A stretch of DNA of 64,000 nucleotides from an uncultured delta proteobacterium (GTDB lineage Bacteria > Myxococcota > Kuafuiibacteriia > Kuafuiibacteriales > Kuafuiibacteriaceae): positions 448,001 through 512,000 of the forward strand of contig CAWDML010000001.1 in NCBI GenBank assembly GCA_963803435.1, read 5' to 3'. Shown here in pieces: positions 58,071-64,000 of the stretch (position 1 is its first letter; each line of letters begins with the position of its first letter). Under the pieces are notes generated by a model that was given only the letters and a program-made list of their open reading frames with translations, was not told the DNA's origin and searched no databases. The position numbers were made by a program, and so were the translations under genes.

Positions 58071-60161
58071 TCACGCTGAGCGGGGTGCGACCTCGAAGAT
58101 CCCGGAGTGAAAGCGGTCGGTCACCTCGTCCGGGGAGCCCTTCGGCCGGTAGGTGGTCGTGTGCCACAGCTGGTAGCGGCCCGGCGGCAGGTCCTTCGGG
58201 ATGCGCCACTCGACCTGGTAGGTGTGCGTCTTTCCGTCGGGCATCCACTTGATCCGGGTGCTCGAGTGGCCCTGATTCGCGACGGGATGAAAGCCGCCTT
58301 GCACAGGATCGTAGCGGCGCACCTCGAGGATGTTGGTGGTCCGCTGCCGCCGCCTCGCGTCGCCGCCGAAGTACTCCACCACCACGCGGTCGCCGGGCGC
58401 GTAGCGATCGGCGGCGGCGGTGATGGTCTTGTCGCCGTCGCTCAGCTTGCGGCCGCGCGGCGCCTTGTCGAAGTCCTTGGGCCCCTTGGCGCGGATCCGG
58501 GGGAAGATGATCGGCGGCGGCTCTGCGCCCTCCGGAGCGACGCCGCTGACCAGCGCCTGCGCGAGATCGGCCGACTTCTCCTTGAGCGCCTGGAGCGTGT
58601 TGGGCCCAAAGAGCGTCGAGCTCCCCTCGTAGTGCTGCAGCTCGTACTCCGCCTTGGTGGCGACGTACTGTGCGTACCCGTTCGAGTACGCCTGCACCAC
58701 CACGCGATCGATCGCGCCGGGCACCGTGCGCTGGAGCTCCTTCAGCAGGTGCTCCTCGAGCTCGTCGCCGGCGTTGGTGGTGAGCTCGAAGGGGACGCCG
58801 ATGATCGCGGTGCGCCCCAAGCGGTGGAGCGTCAGCGGCAGGATCTCGGGCACACCGCCGAGCCCGTTCCGGTAGAGCGGCTCGACCCAGCGGGTCCCGA
58901 TCCCTCGCTTCGGTCCATGGTCGCCTTCAGCGCCGGTCAGCCGGCCGGCGGCCGACCAGAAGGCGCGCGCGGGCAGGTTCGGCTTCACGCCTTCGCGCAG
59001 CACCGGAAAACCGCCGACCTCGATCCCGCGCTGGTCCTCGGTACCGGCGAGCGTGTCCTTGCCGATCATCGGCGGCTGGGTGCGCTCTCCGTTCGCGAGC
59101 TCGACGCTCGAGAAGTCGACCCAAGTTCGGAAGGTCTGGATCGGGCCCTCGACTCGGAGACGGCCCTCGGTGTCGGCTTGGATCTCGGCCACCAGCGGCA
59201 GGATCGCACCGGCCTGCTGGGCTCCGGACTCGAACATGTGCGCGAACGGCTCGTGCTCGGTGCCGGGGCGATCGAACTTCTCCCGCCCCCTGCGGCCGAA
59301 GAGACCGAGCAAGAGGCGCTCGAGCAGGCCGGAGCGCGCGAGCTCGGGCCCGTTGGGAGAGTTGTCACCCTGTGCGCCGCTGAACATCAGCACCGGCGCG
59401 CCGAGCGCCTCCTCCAGCCGCTCGCGCGCGTAGCCCTTGTTGTCGCCATGGACCGCGTTCACGGTGGCGCTCACCGTCGTCGGATGCACCGCGTTGTTCG
59501 CCGCGATGGCCTGGGTCGCGCCGGGACGCCCGGTCGCCGGATCGATCGACTGCGCCACGAACGCCGCGACGCGCGGGTCGACGCCCTCTGGAAACTTCTC
59601 CGAGCGGGGATCGGCGCGGTGCGCTTCGGGGGAGCGGTTGTGGCCAACGCCGTGCATCTCGCCTTCGGTCACCGAGAGCACGCCCGGGCTGCGATCGCGG
59701 AGCGCCGCGAGGATCACGTCGCTCAGCCCGTCGACCAGGATGTTCCAGTCCTGCTCCGACCAGCGCGGGTCGGTCAGCATGTACGCCAGGTTGAGGAAGT
59801 AGCCGCCGGTCGCGGCGTGCGAGTGAGTGGCACCGATCAGAATGTTGCTCTCGTCGATCTCCGGGAATTCTTCCTTCACCCGCGCCGCGACGGTGCGGAA
59901 GATGGCCGAGTCGAGGCCTTGGAGCTCGGCGCTCACCAAGATCGAGGTACCGCCGTCCCGATCGGAGATCGCGATCGCCGTGGCGTTGAGGTCCTGCAGG
60001 ATCTCGCGCGCCCGCTGCCCTTGCTTCACATAGCCCTGGAGGGGTGCGTTCCAGCTGCCCGTGATCCGCTCCCGGGCCGTCCCGATCGCGAGCTCCTCCG
60101 CCGCCTCGACCGGTCGATGTGTTGCGGAGGTTACAGGCGGAAGGGGTCCGGTGCGGGTCAT
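58071..60161 (-). CDS. Neutral/alkaline non-lysosomal ceramidase family protein lacking a signal peptide
   Basis: ATHSHA, AVHPTT, GDNKG, QGDNSPN, AGTED, PFELTT, SNGYAQYVAT, QHYEGSSTLFGP. Confidence 0.92.
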   Translation of the reverse strand: MTRTGPLPPVTSATHRPVEAAEELAIGTARERITGSWNAPLQGYVKQGQRAREILQDLNATAIAISDRDGGTSILVSAELQGLDSAIFRTVAARVKEEFPEIDESNILIGATHSHAATGGYFLNLAYMLTDPRWSEQDWNILVDGLSDVILAALRDRSPGVLSVTEGEMHGVGHNRSPEAHRADPRSEKFPEGVDPRVAAFVAQSIDPATGRPGATQAIAANNAVHPTTVSATVNAVHGDNKGYARERLEEALGAPVLMFSGAQGDNSPNGPELARSGLLERLLLGLFGRRGREKFDRPGTEHEPFAHMFESGAQQAGAILPLVAEIQADTEGRLRVEGPIQTFRTWVDFSSVELANGERTQPPMIGKDTLAGTEDQRGIEVGGFPVLREGVKPNLPARAFWSAAGRLTGAEGDHGPKRGIGTRWVEPLYRNGLGGVPEILPLTLHRLGRTAIIGVPFELTTNAGDELEEHLLKELQRTVPGAIDRVVVQAYSNGYAQYVATKAEYELQHYEGSSTLFGPNTLQALKEKSADLAQALVSGVAPEGAEPPPIIFPRIRAKGPKDFDKAPRGRKLSDGDKTITAAADRYAPGDRVVVEYFGGDARRRQRTTNILEVRRYDPVQGGFHPVANQGHSSTRIKWMPDGKTHTYQVEWRIPKDLPPGRYQLWHTTTYRPKGSPDEVTDRFHSGIFEVAPRSA

Positions 60162-60286
60162 GCCCGATTATCGAGCCGAGGGCCCGGTCGAGTTCGAAGC
60201 ACACGCTTACGAAGCGCCGGTAAGGGACACGATCACGCCCGGCCCCCTCCGCCACGCCCGCCCGTGAGGCTTGGCAACCGGTGACC

Positions 60287-62987
60287 GTGGAGCTGAGATC
60301 CGCCCCGCCGTTGAGACGCCTCGAGGTCCTGTGCGTCGCGATCGCGCTGTTCGCCTGCAAGGAGAGACGCGAGACGCTGCTCGTGGACGTCGGGTTCTCC
60401 GGGTGCCGCGAGGTGCGGGTCGGACCGGTCTGCGAGAATCGAGGCGCCGGCGCAGCTGGTCCTCTGGGTGAAGACGGAGCCGGACACGAAGCTCGGGATC
60501 TTCGCCGACGGAGAGGAGACGCCGGTCGAGTGGGCGCCCGTCGAAGGCGGGCGGAGCGCGCAGCTCACGATCACCACGGCGACCACGAGCGTGGAGGTCC
60601 GGGCCGAGCGGCAGGGCGTGGATCGCTGGCGATTGCCGGTGGTGGTGCGCACCCGGCCGAAGGCGATCCTCGAGGCGGAGGCCCTCGCCCGGACCGGCCG
60701 GCTCGACCAGTCGGAGCGGGCGCTGGCGGCCCTGGCGGACACGACCGACCCCCGCATCGCGGGCGACGTCGAGATCCGGCGTGCGGCGATCGCGGGCGCG
60801 CGCGGCGATGATCTCGCGGCGATCGGGTACCTCCAGCGCTCGGCTGAGCTCGCGGATCAGTCCGGCGTCCTCTCGCGCTCGGTGTTCGAGCGGCTGTCGA
60901 TCGCGTTCTATGCCATCTCACGGCACGACTCCGCGACCGCGCGGCAGGCCCTCGAGCACGTCTCTCGGCTCCCGCTTCGAGACTTCGCGCCGGGGCGCGC
61001 GAATGCAGCCTATTACGAGGGGGTCCTGGCGAAGGAGCTCGGGGACTACCGGACCGCGCTGCGCGATCTGGAGAGCGCCGCGGTCGAGTCCGAGCGGCTG
61101 GGGCTGACCTCCACCCGGCGGTTCGCGATCGAGGCTCGATCGACGGTGCTGACCGGTCTGGGGATGGTCCGACCGGCGCTCGCGGAGCTCGGAGCGCTGG
61201 AGGAGGAGCACCTCGATGGCTGCTCGCGCGCCTTTCTGCTCAGCAATCGAATGTGGTCCGTGCTCTGGGCGCGCGAGCTCGGTGAGCCGATGGCCGAGGA
61301 GGTCACCCGGGACGGCGAGCGCGCCCTCGAGCTCTTCTCCGGACCGTGCGCGAAGCCGAACGAGCTCCCGAACATCGTCGCCAACCTCGCGCTCGACGCC
61401 GTTCAACGGGGCGCCTTCGAGGAGGCCGCCGCCTACGCCCGCCAGGCCTGGGCGATGGGCGATCGCGTGACGCCCAGGGTGAAGCTATGGCTGGTGGACA
61501 TCGAGGGACGCATCGCGCTCTCGAACAGGAGCTACGACCGAGCGCGTGCCGCCTACCAGCGCCTGGGGAGGCTCTCGGAGGAGACGGCCTCGGTCGAGGG
61601 CGCGTGGCGCGCCGAGGTCGGACGTGCGCAGGTCGAGCTGGCGATGGGCCGTCCCGGCGAGGCGCTCACAGCCTTCGCGAACGCCGAGGCGCGCCTCGAT
61701 CAGCAGAGCCTGGGCGTCTCCATCGGCGGCGACCTGAGCAGCTTCGTCGCGGCCCGCACGCGCGTGGCCCAGGCCCAGATCGATCTGCTGGTCCGCGAGA
61801 AGCGCCTCGAAGAGGCGATCGCGGTGAGCCGTCGAAGCCGCGCCCGAGTCGTGCGGGCGCTCCGGCGGGGCTATCGCCTCGCGGAGCTCTCGGGTGACGC
61901 GCGAGCCCGCTGGGAGGACGCGGTCGGTCGATTCTGGCGGCTGCGCGATCGCCTCGATCGATCCGTGGGCGAGGAATGGACGACCGCAGAGTCTCGTCGC
62001 GCCGAGCGCCAGGATCAGCGTGAACGGATCGAGCGCGAGATCCGCAGGGCCTTCGACGACGCGCTCTCGGCGCTGCCCGCCGATCGCGCCGGCGCGCTGG
62101 GTCCTCCGCCTGGGGACGACGAGGTCATCCTCGGTTATCAACGCGTGCCGGACGGATGGATCGGCTTTGCCTCGGCCCCTGGCGAGGTTCGCGTGGTGCG
62201 GGTGCGCTACGACGGGTCGTCGAGCACGACGGCGCTGAGCCGCGCGCTTCTCGAGCCGTTCGCGAGGGAGCTCGACCGGTCTCATCGGGTCAGATTGCTG
62301 GTCGCAGGTCCCATCGCGGGGATCGATCTGCACGCGCTCCCCTGGCGGGGCGCACCGCTCGTCCGATCGCACGTCGTCACCTACGGCGTCGACGTCTCTC
62401 CTTCGCGGACGGCCACCACCTCCGAGGCACGCGCGGTGGTGGCGGCGGATCCGCTGGGCGACCTGCCCTCGGCCCGCGAGGAGGCCGCGAACGTCCGGAG
62501 CCGTCTCGAGGCCTCCGGGATCCGGGTCGCGCTCCTCACCCATCGAGAGGCGACCCGCGCGGCGCTGATCGACCAGATGAAGGGCGCGCGTCTGCTCCAC
62601 TACGCGGGTCACGGAGAGCATCGCGGCGCCGCCGGGTGGGAGAGCGTCCTGCCGCTGGCGGACGGCGTGGGCCTCACGGTCGGCGACATCCTCGCGCTGC
62701 CGTTCGCGCCGGAGGCGGTCGTGCTCTCGGGCTGCGACACGTCCGCGACCGCGGGCGAGCCGGGCGGGCAGCAGCTCGGTCTCGCGGAGGCGTTCATCCT
62801 GGCCGGCGCCGGCGAGGTGGTCGCGGCGAGCCGCCCCGTGCGGGACGAGGACGCCAAGGCGATCGTCGATGCGCTGTACGCCCATCGCTCGTCGTCGCTG
62901 GCGGAGGCGCTCCGGCTCGCGCAGCTCGAGATCAGGGCGCGGACCCCCGAGATCGACTGGGCGGCCTTCCGCGTCCTCGTCCCGTGA
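60287..62987 (+). CDS. TPR-CHAT (caspase-like) lipoprotein; apparent frameshift at ~60437
   Basis: The lipobox ALFAC is in the upstream frame, which joins on removing one A of GAATC (60436-60440). TPR helices follow, then the dyad HYAGHG and LSGCDT. Confidence 0.88.
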
Positions 62988-63053
62988 TTCCGCGCACCTC
63001 GCTTTTCTCCGTCCCGCCGTCAGAAGACGCCGGCTGCCCGCATAAGGATCCGC

Positions 63054-64000
63054 GTGAGAAGAGATGACCGATCCCGAAACGACGGATTTCGCTCCGCGGG
63101 CCGCATGGGGGGAACGCTCAGCCTGCTCTTGACATCTCTCGCGTGCGGCCACCCGGAGGCCGCCCTCGGCGTCTCCGAGGACGCGCTGACCTACGTCTCG
63201 CCGCCGGTCGACGGCGGTTGCACCACGAACCGGCGGATCGGCCTGAGGGATCCGTCCACATGCCACGGCAGCGTCGGATCATGGGCGAAGAGCCCGCTGT
63301 TCCCGCCCATGTCCTTCTCCGGGCCGGTCCCGCCGGAGCTCGCCACCTACTGTCTGTTCGAGTGGACCGGCTCCGGTCCACCCTCGATGATCCCGGCGCA
63401 GACCTCGGCGGACTGCGCGGTCATCGCTCCGGCGGGCCACCCCTACGACAGCACGAACGCTGTCGCGCTCCAGGACGCGTTCCTGGCGCAGGTCGACCTG
63501 CTGTCGCCGCTTCCCAATCCGCCCACCTCTCTGCCGACGAAGGTCATGATCGTCGACTCTGCGGTCGACCAAGGCTTCCCGGATCCGGGCAGCGGCTTCC
63601 TCGAGCACGGCGAGCTCATGGGGACGATCGTTCGCGCGATCGGTTGTCCGTCGCCCGGCGTGGGCGGGGCGCCCTGCTTGACCGATGTCGCCAGCGTGCT
63701 CGCGCTGCCGCTCAAGAAGAGCGGTGCGACCTACGTCGACGACGAGGTCAACGGCGGCAACCTGGGTACGCCCGGCCACCTCGCCGCCGCCATCGTCGAC
63801 GCCATCCACGGATCGCACAGCGCTCCGGGATCTCGCACGATCGTGAGCATGAGCCTCGGCTGGGACGGACGATACGGAGGCGCGTTCGTCGGCAACGATT
63901 GGACCTCGCTGCCCGAGCCGGTGCGCGCGGTCTACTCGGCGATCCAATACGCGGACTGCCAGCTCGCGCTGGTGATCGCGGCCGCAGGAAACGCCTCCGG
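63054..64000 (+). CDS. S8 subtilisin-like serine protease lipoprotein (3'-partial; absent from the ORF track)
   Basis: Translated by hand: LLTSLAC, VMIVDSA, EHGELMG, SMSLGW, VIAAAGN. Start is 63054 (GTG) or 63105 (ATG). Confidence 0.85.
   Translation, partial: MRRDDRSRNDGFRSAGRMGGTLSLLLTSLACGHPEAALGVSEDALTYVSPPVDGGCTTNRRIGLRDPSTCHGSVGSWAKSPLFPPMSFSGPVPPELATYCLFEWTGSGPPSMIPAQTSADCAVIAPAGHPYDSTNAVALQDAFLAQVDLLSPLPNPPTSLPTKVMIVDSAVDQGFPDPGSGFLEHGELMGTIVRAIGCPSPGVGGAPCLTDVASVLALPLKKSGATYVDDEVNGGNLGTPGHLAAAIVDAIHGSHSAPGSRTIVSMSLGWDGRYGGAFVGNDWTSLPEPVRAVYSAIQYADCQLALVIAAAGNAS

Overview
High-GC bacterial window that looks like Myxococcota: a MYXO-CTERM-like sorting tail, Cys-rich lipoproteins, a Ser/Thr kinase, and ECF/CHAT/S8 genes. 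About 40 CDS; no rRNA, tRNA or CRISPR array was seen. Ordinary content: a giant Calx-beta surface protein, hybrid kinase, DGC, BlaI/BlaR-like pair, ABC and RND transporters, TetR-thiolase-GST, GT2/AsnB/PIG-L and ion channels. Main signals: (1) two large divergent genes, a SecA-like ATPase and a circularly permuted ATP-grasp ligase, share a ~420-430 aa C-terminal region, with HExxH in one copy and a poly-Gln tail on the other. (2) These genes and other enzymes lacking signal peptides (ceramidase, App1-like HAD phosphatase, PTP) have a sigma28-like CGATAA box, or a one-base variant, just upstream of their starts, suggesting a co-regulated effector-like set. (3) A CTAG-bounded cassette with ~70-bp inverted repeats containing hexamer tandems carries a decayed IS1182 transposase and an intact four-helix-bundle gene. 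Several single-base frameshifts fall at GAT(C) words and are probably sequencing errors. All family calls come from motif recognition by eye, not from database searches.
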